Positions 49,412 through 60,944 of a DNA stretch of 64,000 nucleotides are shown here, in pieces. Location of the stretch: assembly GCF_963921235.1 (NCBI RefSeq), contig NC_086118.1, positions 13,828,001 through 13,892,000 of the forward strand. Reading direction: 5' to 3'. The notes below the pieces were generated by a model. That model ran no database searches and was not told the DNA's origin. It worked only from the letters and a program-made list of their open reading frames with translations. Position 1 is the stretch's first letter; every line of letters starts with the position of its first letter. This stretch comes from Mobula hypostoma (Eukaryota). The position numbers and the translations under genes are program-made.

Positions 49412-51917
49412 TGATTGGACCAATAGGATAGTTTCATAGAGCCAAAATTTCTCCCTCTGTGTTTGATTATGTCAAAGAATAATCTCTGTACTGAAAACCA
49501 CTGTTCCAAACAATTCCTTAGAAGAGTAAAACTTTACTTAGAGTTTTTATTCGCTGGAAGAACAGACAGTAAAACACCTTTGCTGTATTTATGGCTGACA
49601 AATTCCCCTCAGTGATGTGTAAGTGTTCACATTAATATGGCTCCCATGTGGTCCAAATTGACCCAAATTTTATCGCACTGCCTTAACATATTTTGCAGGT
49701 AAGAGAAAATCCCTTTCATATATTTGCTTAAAGGATTGGAATGCTGCAGATCCAGAACAGAAAAAATAGTTGTTGAAGTTGCAAAGCAAATGTTTATGTT
49801 TTCTAGCATTCTGGCGCCAAACAGCGCAATCGGTTATTCTACAGTGACTCAGTTCAACATGTCTAATTATACACTGAAATGTTAAACATTAATAAAAGCA
49901 GAATTATTACTCTTGTTTTGTTTCCACTGGCTAATTGCAACTAAAATAAAAGAACTGTGACCACTAGTACTGCAAGGACTCAAAGGATGAGTCCGATCAG
50001 TGACAGGTACCAAAGTCAAATCTGACTGCAAAGTTTACTGTAAGTACATATTTGTTTATACTGCAGAACCAAGTCATCTTTAAGATCCTCAAAAAGTGTT
50101 GTACATGTAATAAATTATTTTGCAGGTCAGTGGAAGTTCATTAGGTGAAGGGAATGATCTCCCTCCCTTCTCCAAACGTAATGAGAGCTGCATCAAGCAG
50201 GAAGACAATGTCATCTGTAATGTTTCTTAGTGAAAAAGCAAAGATAGATTTAGTAACATGCAGCTTTTATGAAGGATAGTAAACTCAATTAATAACAAAA
50301 TCTGATTCAGAGATATGTCAAAAGTTATACCATATAGTAGCACTGTTCCTAAAGCCACACTTATATACACCATGAACTGAAATCACTGGATGGCTGTACT
50401 TGAGAAAAGATATTTATGCCATTTTAGTCCATCCATCCTGAAAACTGCTATGATGTCTGCATTCGGCCTCTTCAGAAAAGAATTATTGGAATTCTTGCAT
50501 TGAATATCTTGTCAGAATTTCCAAGCAATGATCAGTCTATGTGAGAGAGAATTTGTTGGTGTCAGTCTCAAATTTAACAATCAATAATCTAAACCATGTA
50601 TGCTTTTGTCAATTTTGGCCTAAGCAGTGCTCTGAAAATTGTGCTTTCTTTAATTCTTTTGGCATGGAGAAAATCTTTCAATTCTCAACAATCCTAAAAT
50701 GATTTTCTTAAAATGTTCGATTTAATTTATTGGGGTTTTAAACAGTGTTTGGATGTTCTGGCAGAATTTTGGATCTTACTTGCAAAACCTGGTCTTTTTT
50801 TTGTGCAAAGATATGAATATTTCTGCAACGTTTTCCCCTGCGAAGTTTATCATTCAAATTGATTAGTTGCCCTGCATTGGGAACATCTCTCCTTTTCTCG
50901 CAGCATTTTCTTGCTGTATTGTAGTTCCACTGGCATTGGCCGCATGCTAACATGCTGACTGAGGTCACTGCTACATCACCAACATCCAGTTGTAGTTGTG
51001 CCTGCTATTTATTGGGAGTGAAATATCCAAAGTCATCTTAGCACTATGCAAGCTTGGAAGCGTCAATCATGATTCTTTTTTTTTATTGTACACCTTAACT
51101 CAATCACAAAGTGAATGGAAAAGATATGTTTCACGATTAACTATGGTTTCATCCTTTCAGCTCCTATTTAGACACTGGCACCTTTAGAATGCAGAGTGAT
51201 ACAAACATTTATTGCTTGATGAAAGATCTGCCAAAGGTAAAGACCTGTCAAGAGTCTGTCCACACCCACAGAAGCATGTAATCTCTATTAAGTATTTGGC
51301 AAATAGCATACCATTTAATGTTTTTAAGAGACACAACGGTCTAAGCCTTTTGGAAGTAAAATAATTATGTGATTAACTCAAGTTCAACACCAATTACAGA
51401 ATTCAGGGGTACAACTATGTTCTGCTTGGCAAGGCTCTTTATATTTGCTGCACGTAACTGTCAATGTTTCATACTGGTGTAGTGTCACCATCATTCTAAG
51501 GGCATAGATTGTGCAGTTCTATGGACTGAAAATTATAAATGAATGAGGAACATGTGCTGTAATTGACACTGTAGGACCTAAATAGTCTAATAAACTTTGA
51601 CCTTCGTGCTGCCAGCATGTGTCAGATCATACTTTTACATCTTGAAACTGAAGAAACAGTTTATGGGGCTATGAATGGCAGCTTATACTTATATTCAATC
51701 TCTCATGTCATTCTCAAAATTCATGTCCATATTGCTCATTTTCTGTTAACATTTTAAGACGGTGTTTTTTCATTTTAAAAATGGCCATCAATGGATTTCC
51801 TCTAAACTAAGTGACAATCAAAACCTTTTTCAGCTGTAAAGACTCTAATTTCAAACTTCTCTCTTTACTTTGCTGATGAAGTTGAGTATCTGGCAAGAGT
51901 AACCCACCATCTGCCAA

Positions 51918-52305
51918 AATTCAAAGTACATTTATTATCAAAGTATGTATACACTATACAACTTTGAGATTCACCACCTTACAGGCAGCCACTAAAATAG
52001 AAACCCCAAAAGAACCCGTTAAGAAAAAAAGTCAAACAGCCAGTGCACAGAGAGAAAAAAATCATGCAAGCAACTAAATTAAGCAAATAGCATTTAGAAT
52101 TGAAATTTTATGAAAGCCATGAAGCCAGGCATCACTGCGGCTGAAGCAGTGTGCAGCCTCAGTTCAGTGCAGAGCTGAGTAAACGTCACAGAGTAACAAG
52201 CTGAGCCTCGCAGAATCAGGCAGAACCAACCCGTCCCTTGCCTCTGGTCCCAACACCCTGACCTTTCCAATCTGGCCCGGCGCTTAAATCTTCCAAACAT
52301 TGAGT
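51918..52305 (-). mobile_element. Interspersed repeat with Rex1-type 3' tail
   Basis: TTCAAAGTACATTTATTATCAAAGTATG tail; body related to 26330-26520. Confidence 0.55.
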
Positions 52306-54120
52306 CTGCAAGGTACAAATCAGAATGCGACAGAATGTTCTCTGCTTGACTGAGTGAGTTCAACTTCCACAAACTTAAAATCTTCACACCATTCAGGACA
52401 AGTCTGGACACCTGGACATCAGCTCAATGCCTCTTCCCAACGCGCTAGACAAAAAGTGAACAGGAAAGAGTGAGGTAAGTTCCAGTCAACAAGACAACAA
52501 GACAGACCAAAAAATGCTAACATTTAACTGAATTAAATAAACTAACGATTGCGGATGAGAGCTGGGTTTAAACAGGCTGCAGGTGATAAGCTGGAACCAA
52601 GTGGCAGACGACTCCCATTAACTGGGTGAGGCCTGCTTGTGCAGGCCTGATACAAATATTGTCAAGCTAATCCGACAAGTAGAAAATATTCCATCACACT
52701 CTGATGTGTCTTGCAGGCTCTAGAAAGACTGGGTCATGGGGTCGATTACTTATCACAGGAATCCACCCAGCCTCATCAGCAAAGCAGAGAGAAGTCTGAG
52801 TTAAAGGAGTCATAAGGGCCTTTACAGTTGCAAAAGGGTTTGATAACCACTGAGCAGCCAAGAATTTGTATCAGAGGAAGTCCATTTGTGGCTATTTTCA
52901 AAATGAATAAGTTATTTTGGGTACGTTTGGTTTAATGTTTGTGATCATTCCCGTAAAATCTCAGCCACTGGAAACGGGTCTGGGGATTTTTCTTGGTTCA
53001 GTTCACCCAAACGTCAACATAATTTCCTTGCTGTATATTGTGCACATAATGATGTAAACAACACATTTTATTTAATTTATTTAAAGTGTAAAAATTTGTC
53101 AGCTAGGCACACACAATTCAGTATAGAGCACAGCATGCTAAAGTTGTAATTATTGTACGATTTAAATAGACAGCACTGTGACATTTTTTTTATTGTTAAT
53201 ATATTACATATTATTTCTTTCTGGACTGCAGTAAAAAAAATGTTTGCAACCTGCAGTTCGGGACTAATCCAAGTTTAGATGGCGCCAGCACATGACCAAT
53301 GGCGACATCCCATAGACAATTCATGAAACTACTTTTACTTCTTTCAAATATGATTCCACTGCTAAGCTGTGTGCAATTGGAGCCCGTAATTTACATTCTG
53401 ATGGTGTGTTTTTGGACTGGTGTTTTGCTGTCTCTGAGGGAGATCGGCGAGGTTTGGAGTAGAGTGTGCAACCTACAGGCCTAGAGGCCTAGAAGCCTGG
53501 AAGACTGGAAGCACTGGCGTGAGCCCATGATCAACTCCAATCATTCTCTCCAACTGAGGCATCGAGGACGAGAGGCCATGATTGACTCCATTTCTTTTCT
53601 CTGACTGAGGCGTCAGGCAAGGTTGCCGTTGACGAGGATGAGAGCGGAGGATGGGCGGGTGTTCAGCATCCTCTGCCTGCATTTGTCTGGTCTTCCTCTC
53701 CCTCTCTCTTGCTGCTGTCAGAGGAAAGTGCAACAGTCTTGGCGTCCATATTGCAAGGATTGTCAAGTCAGACTAGAGTTTCTAGAAAATATTGGGACCT
53801 AGAGGCAAAAGAAAATAAAATCTAAAAGTAATAGCAAAAATCCACTGATAGACCAGATGGAACTCATTGTCTGAATGCGGCTTCTGCCTGGAACATCGGG
53901 GGAACCCGGCAGCATCACAGCGGCAGTCCGGGAGCAGCGTTGGAATCTGTGGTAAGATGCTGAACTTTAAAAAACTTGAGAGACCTTTTCATGGAAAAGA
54001 GCACTGCTGTCACTGCATTTTGGGTTAGTGATAGCTTCGCGTCACGGGGATTATCGCGCGCAGGCGCTTCTAGGAAATGGCATGAGATTGAAGAAGAGCT
54101 CGGGAACCTTCGGGAAGGGT

Positions 54121-55302
54121 CTGTCTGTCTGTCTGTCTAAGTACCATATCCGATGCGGACTTTGGTGACCACGGTTTTCCATATAGATCTATCCTTCGTT
54201 TTTTGGATGACTTCCATTTCCTCCATGTGTAGCCACCTGGCTATGCTTTTGATGTACATAAGCCGAGGTCTTCCTCTAGGTTTACTCCCCTCAATCTTTC
54301 CAGAGAGTATGAGTTTTTCTAGTTCATCTTTCCGTATGATGTGTCCTAGGAATCTAAGTTGTCTTTCTCTTATTGTTGGTATGAGTGATCGAACTGCTTG
54401 GGCTCTTCTGAGAGCTTCGTCATTCGATGTGTGTGTGGTCCATGATATTTTTAACATTCTCCCGTAGAACCATAATTCAGCTGCTTCTAGTCTCTTTTCC
54501 ATTGCTGGAAAAATGGTCCAGCATTCACTTCCATAAGTCAGGATAGAATAAATGTAGCACTGCAGTATTCTGTTTTCAGTGTACGTGGTCATCTTTCTGT
54601 CTGTTAATATGGTCTTCATTTTTTGGAAAGCTTCTTTCGCCATTGCTATTCTGTATTTGATACCTGTGTCGCACCTGCCATTACTTGTTATTAGGCTGCC
54701 AAGATATTTGAATTTGTTGACTTGTTTGATGTTTGTATTTCTGATCTTGATCACGCATTGTGGGATGTTTGTCTTTCTGGAGATGATCATGCTTTCTGTC
54801 TTCTTGGTGTTGATTGAGAGGTCTCTGCGATTACTTTCTGCTGCCACTATAGTGAGTAGTTCTTGAAGTATTGTTTCTGAGTCAGCTATTAGTACGATGT
54901 CATCAGCATATCTCATGTTATTTATATTATGGCCTCCAATTGTGAATCCTTTGATGTCTTTGATACTTCTCAAGATATTTTCACTATACGGGTTGAATAA
55001 GTCTGGCGAAAAGACACAACCTTGCCTGACTCCTCTCATGATATTCACATACTCACTCACTTCTCCTTCTATTCTGATGGCTGCTGTCTGGTCCCAGTAT
55101 AAGCTTCTTATGAAATGTATATCTTTCCCATCTATGTCAAGATCTTGAAGTATTTCCAGAAGATCTTGCTGTCTGACAGTGTCAAAAGCTTTTGTATAGT
55201 CGATGAAACATAGGTAGATATCTTTTTGTACCTGGATGGCTCGTTCACAGATCATCCGTAGCATGAAAATTGCATTTCTGGTTCCAGTATTTTCCACAAA
55301 GC
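54121..55302 (-). mobile_element. Young RTE-clade LINE, 5'-truncated, (AGAC)n tail
   Basis: TSD CGGGAAGGGT at 54111-54120 and 55303-55312; stop-free RT ORF. Confidence 0.93.
54137..55302 (-). pseudogene. RTE reverse transcriptase + C-terminal domain (stop-free, lacks endonuclease)
   Basis: [54 protein letters not shown]. Confidence 0.9.
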
Positions 55303-55404
55303 CGGGAAGGGTAGCCCGGTTTAAAAACATACTGGTCTATTAGGGAGCTGAGAGGTGCAGGTTGAATCTATCTGCAAAGCCCAGAGAGGTAGCCAGTTTT
55401 TTCA

Positions 55405-55537
55405 GCTAATGACATGACTAGTGACTAGTGACTAATGTCTAATGTCTAATGACTCATGTCTAGTGACTAGTGACTAATGTCTAATGACTAATGACTAGTG
55501 TCTAATGGCTAATGGCTGATGGAACTAATGGAACTAT
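55405..55537. repeat. Degenerate 7-bp minisatellite (TGACTAG/TGACTAA/TGTCTAA)
   Basis: ATGACTAGTGACTAGTGACTAATGTCTAATGTCTAATGACTCATGTCTAGTGACTAG..., roughly 17-18 units. Confidence 0.9.
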
Positions 55538-56601
55538 CAAACTGCCGCACTTGCAAAAATAAAAGGAGGAAAAAGGAAAAGTTGTTTGGTCATTGAGTGG
55601 AATCCAGTTAAAAAACCTTCGGGTAGACACATTCAATCCCTTTCAAGTGGGGAAGCTGCACATGTTCAAAGAAGAAAAAGAAATCCGGCTTGACAAGGAT
55701 TGATCAGAGAGGCTGTGGACTTGTTTTTCAGGCTTTGGGGTTCATGTTGCATGAATTCCTGGATTCTGGTTACTATTTTTTTTTGCTGTTTTTGATCAGT
55801 TTAATTGGGACGGTTGATGTGATCTGGGTCGCTTCAGTGAAGAATGCTTGCCCTGTGGCCTGCAGTGAGCTATTGGCACAACGCTGAACTGAACTAAATT
55901 GAATACGACTGGACTCCTGGTTTGAAGTTCGATGTTTCGTGTATTGTACACTTTGCTTTTTGCCGTTTCCATAATTTGTCCTTTTTTCACACATTGGGTG
56001 TTAGTATTTAGTTGAACAGATTCCATGTTTTTTTTTGTTTCATGGCTGCCTGTGGGAGGACAGATCTCAGAAATGTATTCTGTGTACATACTCTAATAAT
56101 AAATGTACTTTGAATTTTTGAATAACATCCTCAGCCCATCCATTGTCTAACCAGACCTGATCAAAGCTCTCAATCATGGTCTGATCAGCCTGTAAGTCCC
56201 CTAATTTGATTGGAGACCTTGTTGTTTAGAAGCCCCATAAATTATTGATATCATCTCATCTCCAATTTCCCTTCCCTTCCCACCTCCGCCCTCAATTCGC
56301 CTCTATGATATCTGCGTTCCCTCTCCGTTTCCTCCTTTACAATGCTCAGGGAAACTTCAGACTGGGCTTCATTGTTACTTGTGTGCATACCACGCTATTA
56401 TTTTTTAAAGCCAGGATGTCCCAAATGTTGCAGTTTTGTTGATGAATTAATATTTGGTTATTAGCATTAAACTTCACCACTCATATATAACGTATTTAAA
56501 ATGTGCGAAATCCATTTTGTTGGTACGTATCTTGAGTTATTTGAAGAAGAATCCTCCAGGCCATCAATGTATGAGCAAGCCAAGAATTCAGTAGAAAAGC
56601 T

Positions 56602-57289
56602 ACTTGCTCTTTGCTGTTCCACTGCCGAATACGCCTGCCCTGCATGGGGAAGATCTACTCATGCTAAGAAGATGGATGCTGTTCTGAATGCAAGCTGCTG
56701 ACTTATCACAGGTTGTTTAAAACCAATAAACACCAACAGCCTATATATCCTGGCGGGTATTGCTCCCCTGATATAAGAAGATAGGTAGCCAGCAAGAAAG
56801 AACGACTCCATGAAACGTCAGATGAGAGGCACCCTCTACATGGTCACACACCTACACCCAGCCGCCTAAAGTCAAGGAAGAGCTTCATGAACAGTGTTGT
56901 TTCATTACTATCAACCCCATCTGAAGCCCGCATCGCCTTGTGGAAAGCCCGGCTTGCCAGTCTCAAACAGCCCCCAACGATGGAAATTCCACCGGATGAA
57001 AACCTTCCCCCAGGAGCTAATTGCAACTGGGCAACCTGGAAGTGCCTTGACAGACTTAGGGCTGGTGTAGGTCACTCAAAGGTGTCACTAAGCAATTGGG
57101 GATGTACAACCAGCCCAACAACTTGTGAATGTGGAACTGAGCCACAAACTATGCAACATCTCCTGCAATGCCCATCGCTAGAGGAACCCTGCACTGTTGC
57201 AGATCTTGCCGAATTCAACAACAAGGCGCAAAAATGAGTCCAGTTCTGGCTGGCCCATGGATAGGCTGTCCGTGGACACGATAAGAAGA
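56602..57289 (+). mobile_element. Vingi/Ingi-like LINE 3' fragment with (AAG)n tail
   Basis: ALCCSTAEYACPAWGRS.H, ITGCLKP..LYILAGIAPPDIRR, RLRAGVG, CCHC-like CECG..QTMQHLLQC; TSD AGTAGAAAAGCT at 56590-56601 and 57290-57301. Confidence 0.82.
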
Positions 57290-58329
57290 AGTAGAAAAGC
57301 TCTGTGCAATGCACTTACAGAGTAAGTATAAGAAAGAGAAGGGAATAGAAGGCAATGTAATTGCGTTAAATTATATGAAATGGCGGAGAACTCAATGTGG
57401 AACATAAATGCCAGCGTGGAGTTGGTTTGATATGAGTCTTATTTTTCACCAGCCTATTTTGTATAATTTGTGTAGTTATTTGAACAGTTAACATAATTTT
57501 TTTTTGACAAGTATTTATGTTACATTGTGGAATTACTGTAAAATATTTGATATATTAGCTTTGAGAGTGTTTTGCAAATAGAGACATATTTTTACGCTTC
57601 GAGATGTTCTAGTGCATGACTCAGTGGGCTCCCTTTTCAAATATTCAGCAGCCTCCACACTTCTGCTGCTGCACAATCCACATGAAACTTCATAGGATAT
57701 GGGAAAGTTTATGTCACAGAAAGAGGCTACTCAACCCATTGTGGCTGAGCTAGCCAACGAAGAAGTATCCAAGTCCACTTTCATCTTCTGAGCACTCGAT
57801 CCATAACCCTGCCGTCAATCGCTCTTCCAGTATGCACCCCAGGGTGCATACCTTTGCTTGTGTGAGTTCCAGACTCCCACCACACTTTGCGTGAAGGCAT
57901 TTTCCTCATCTCCCCTGTATTCCTCCATCAATGACTTTATTTCTATGCCTTGAATGACATCCCTCGATGAAGAATAATATTCTCTGTTCCGTCTTCCAAG
58001 ATTGCTGTATACAGTTATCACTTCTCTGTTTATCCCTTGTACCAAACAAAATAGTGGAAAAAGGAAACAACTTGTTAAAAAGCTTGAATGTAAATGATAA
58101 AATGACATTATAATTACTGGATAGTTTTAAAATCCTATATTTCCAGATGGAACTTTGAGTGGTCTAAGTTGAAATGTATCCCAGACTGTTTAAGAAATAC
58201 TGAGATGGATATTGCAAAGGTTCTGACTGCGCAACTTCACCATTCATTCTGGCTACAGTAATGGTGCAGCAGATATGAGGACCACCAATATTGTACCATT
58301 GCTTATAAAGGGGAAGGATAACCTGTATC

Positions 58330-58590
58330 ATTGCTTCCCCTGGGTCCCCTCCTCCTTCCCTCTTCACTCTCCTCTCCTCTCAGAGGCTTTCTTTTCCAGC
58401 CTTTCCCACTCACTTGACTTCACCTATTATCTTCCAGATGGGCTCTTTCCCCTCCCCCTGCCTTTTTATTCTGACAACTACCCCTTTCCTTCTCAGTTCT
58501 GAAGAAGGGTCTCAGCCCAAAACGCTGACTGTTTATTCTTTGCCATAGATGCTGTTTGACCTGCTGAGTTCCTCCAGCATCCTGTGTGTA
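58330..58590 (+). mobile_element. Penelope 3'-repeat fragment with decayed hammerhead motif
   Basis: CAGTT-CTGAAGA-A-GGGT CTCA GCCC-AAAA-CG-CT-GACTG at 58494-58531. Confidence 0.8.
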
Positions 58591-58774
58591 TCATTACAGG
58601 CCAGTTCCGTTTCTTGCCATCAGTGAGCAATTATTGCAATCAATTTGAAGGAGCAATAGAAATCTTCATCTGGAAAGCCGCAGATTAATTAGTGGCCCTC
58701 AAAGTGGATTTTTAAGGGAAGAATATGCAGCGACATATTGGAAAGTATAGGGTCACACTGACTGTACACTCACA

Positions 58775-58897
58775 AGAGATTCTCTGGATGCTGCAAACCT
58801 TGAACACCATAAAACAAAATGTTGGAGAATCTCAGCAGATCAGGAAGTACCTATAGAGAGAACTAAACAGTCAACATTTCTGACTGAGGCCCTTCAC
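58775..58897 (-). mobile_element. Old Penelope 3'-repeat fragment
   Basis: AAAATGTTGGAGAATCTCAGCAG...AAACAGTCAACATTTCTGACTGAGGCCCTTCA. Confidence 0.65.
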
Positions 58898-59994
58898 TCT
58901 ATTCATTTCCTCTCCTCCAACAGAGAGCAGGGAAAGCTAGCGTCCACCAAATGTGAAACTTGCAACATACCTTCAACTACCCAAGCTGAAATTAACCTGA
59001 AATCATGTGCACGCTCAGTGATTCGGAAACCCAAATATTCAAGGGAGAGGTTGAAGCAAATCTGCTACAACAAATGAGCTACCAGAATAATCATATCTCC
59101 TGACTATTTTTGAGTTTTCTTGCTACCTCTTCCCCCAATACATTAAGGAATTAAAATTCCCCAAAGAGTTAAGATTAATCAGAATGCCAAGACTATAATC
59201 GATTTATCCACATTATGAGTAGAATTCATTTCCTCCCATCATTGAAAGTTTGGATCAGTGCCAGAGTACCGTGCTCCATGGTGGGAGCTGTAGACAGCAT
59301 AATTGGAATTGTCAGTATTTAAATGGAAATCATCTCTGCTTATTCAAGACCAAATATCAGATCACCTCTCTCTCTCTCTCTCTCTGAAAGTGCAGAGGCA
59401 ATGAAAGGTCAAGAGAGGTTACACACGGTAGAACTATCGGCCACTGTCAGCATAAAAATGAAGCCGAGTCCACGTTGGTGGATGACATCACTAAGGTAAC
59501 AGTAAATGGAAGAGATGGTCAAGGACAGATTATTCAGAAACTGCTGAGGGAAAGCCACTCATACATCCTTCTTCTTAGTTACTTTTGTAATCAAAGGTTT
59601 AAGTGTTTACTAAATCAAACTCTAATGATCCATCTTATTTTGTGGGTGAAATATTCATTAGCAAGGAAATAGGCAGAATTACTTAAGGATGCATTGGGAC
59701 CATTTGGAATGTATAATCGATGAGAGCAGCAGCAGGGTATGTTATGGTTTAAAATTTACATCCAGCACTTGTGAGTGAATAATTCGTGACATGATTTGTC
59801 TCCTTTATGGAGTCAGAATCATGACCTTATGACTTACAGACTGCGACTATAGGCCCACGTTGGGCACAGATGGAACATAACATGATATTTTTTAGCTGAA
59901 GGGATCACTGGGATGATTGCTGTTGGAGTTTTAACGTATTTATCCGACAAAGTAAACAAGGGCACCCTAATATCAAACTATCTACATTCTATGT

Positions 59995-60200
59995 GAGGCA
60001 AGCATCAACTCAAAAATGACAGGACACTTAGGAGCACTGACATACAGAAATATCGTAGGGTGTGGGTCCATAGTTCTCTGAAAGTAGCAGCAGAGGGAGA
60101 TAGGAAGGGGAAAAAGGCAAATTGTGTGCTTGCTTATCTCAATGGAGGAGTTGAATACAAAAGTTGGCAAGACATGGTGCAGCTGTATATAACACTTAAT
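59995..60200 (+). mobile_element. Old CR1 fragment (probably continuing at ~60855-60945 after SINE and LTR insertions)
   Basis: Degenerate CR1 ORF2 reading (..EYKSWQDMVQLYITL; ..MQFSSPRHRKDVEPLKKVQER). Confidence 0.55.
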
Positions 60201-60204
60201 TACT

Positions 60205-60852
60205 TATTTAGCACCACGGCATGGTAAGAGGCCCTTCCAATCCAATGAGCCTCTGCCGCCCATTGCTGTCACAACCACGGATTCGGCAGTGCAGCAGATA
60301 CGGCAATTGCGCTCACGAATATGCACGTGTCAGTTAATCGTTATTTCATTGTGATAGTATTTAACTCTATTCATTCCGTCGTAGTATTTGTCGAGACTTG
60401 GACACAGCTCAGTAACACTTCGCTGCCTGTTTGCATTCAGCTTTGCCTGAGAAATTGGACTGTCGAGTCAACTGACTCTGAAGACTAGCGGTATTTGTTT
60501 TATTCTTAGTTGTTCTTTTCGGCCACATTGTAGGCTCTGCTTTCCATTTGGGAGTTTAGTTAATGGGCCTGTTTGGCCTAATGTTTATTGCTTTCTTTTC
60601 CCTTTCACACTGTTTGCATTAAGGTCTGAGAAATGTCAACCCGCTTCAGTGTCTCTCACTCCGCACTTGGGCCATATCGAACCTGGCGACCATTGCACCT
60701 GTATAACCAATGAACCTACTTTGGAATGTGTGATGAAACCGGAGCACGCGGAGGACAAACATGGGGAGAACATACAACCTCCTCCCAGACAGCAGCAGAA
60801 CCGACCCAGGCCACTGGCGCTGTGATAGTGTGAGGCTACCATGCTGTGCTAC
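60205..60852 (-). mobile_element. V-SINE (HE1-like) split by a solo LTR
   Basis: V-domain reverse complement GAAACCGGAGCACGCGGAGG...CATGGGGAGAACATACAA; tail portion at 60205-60266. Confidence 0.75.
60267..60691. mobile_element. Solo-LTR-like insertion (~425 bp)
   Basis: Starts TGTCAC and ends GGCGACC (decayed GTGACA); duplicated (C)ATTGC at 60261-60266 and 60691-60696. Confidence 0.75.
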
Positions 60853-60944
60853 ATTTATTGAACCAGCATAGGAATATCTGTATGCAATTCTCATCACCAC
60901 GCCACAGAAAGGATGTAGAACCTTTAAAGAAGGTGCAGGAGAGG

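Larger units (their letters stand above)
53761..55695. mobile_element. Solo-LTR-like element (~743 bp without the nested RTE)
   Basis: Termini TGTCAAGTCAGA...TCCGGCTTGACA (10/12 inverted); TSD AGGAT at 53756-53760 and 55696-55700; AATAAA at ~55558. Confidence 0.8.
53270..56122 (+). mobile_element. Non-coding retroposon with Rex1-type ends (5' AGATGGCGCC; 3' AATAAATGTACTTTGAA), split by nested insertions (host parts ~53270-53760 and 55696-56122)
   Basis: Sequence rejoins across TSD AGGAT; the 3' tail is shared with several repeats in the window. Confidence 0.55.

Noticed and set aside
54060..55400. Coiled-coil-like peptide in the flanks of the RTE (EIEEELGNLREG...) suggesting a LINE ORF1
   Set aside because: It contains stops and lies within a TG...CA element with a 5-bp TSD; there is too little support.
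55405..55537. Possible CRISPR-like or telomeric array
   Set aside because: Contiguous 7-bp units without spacers, not TTAGGG, and in a eukaryotic context.
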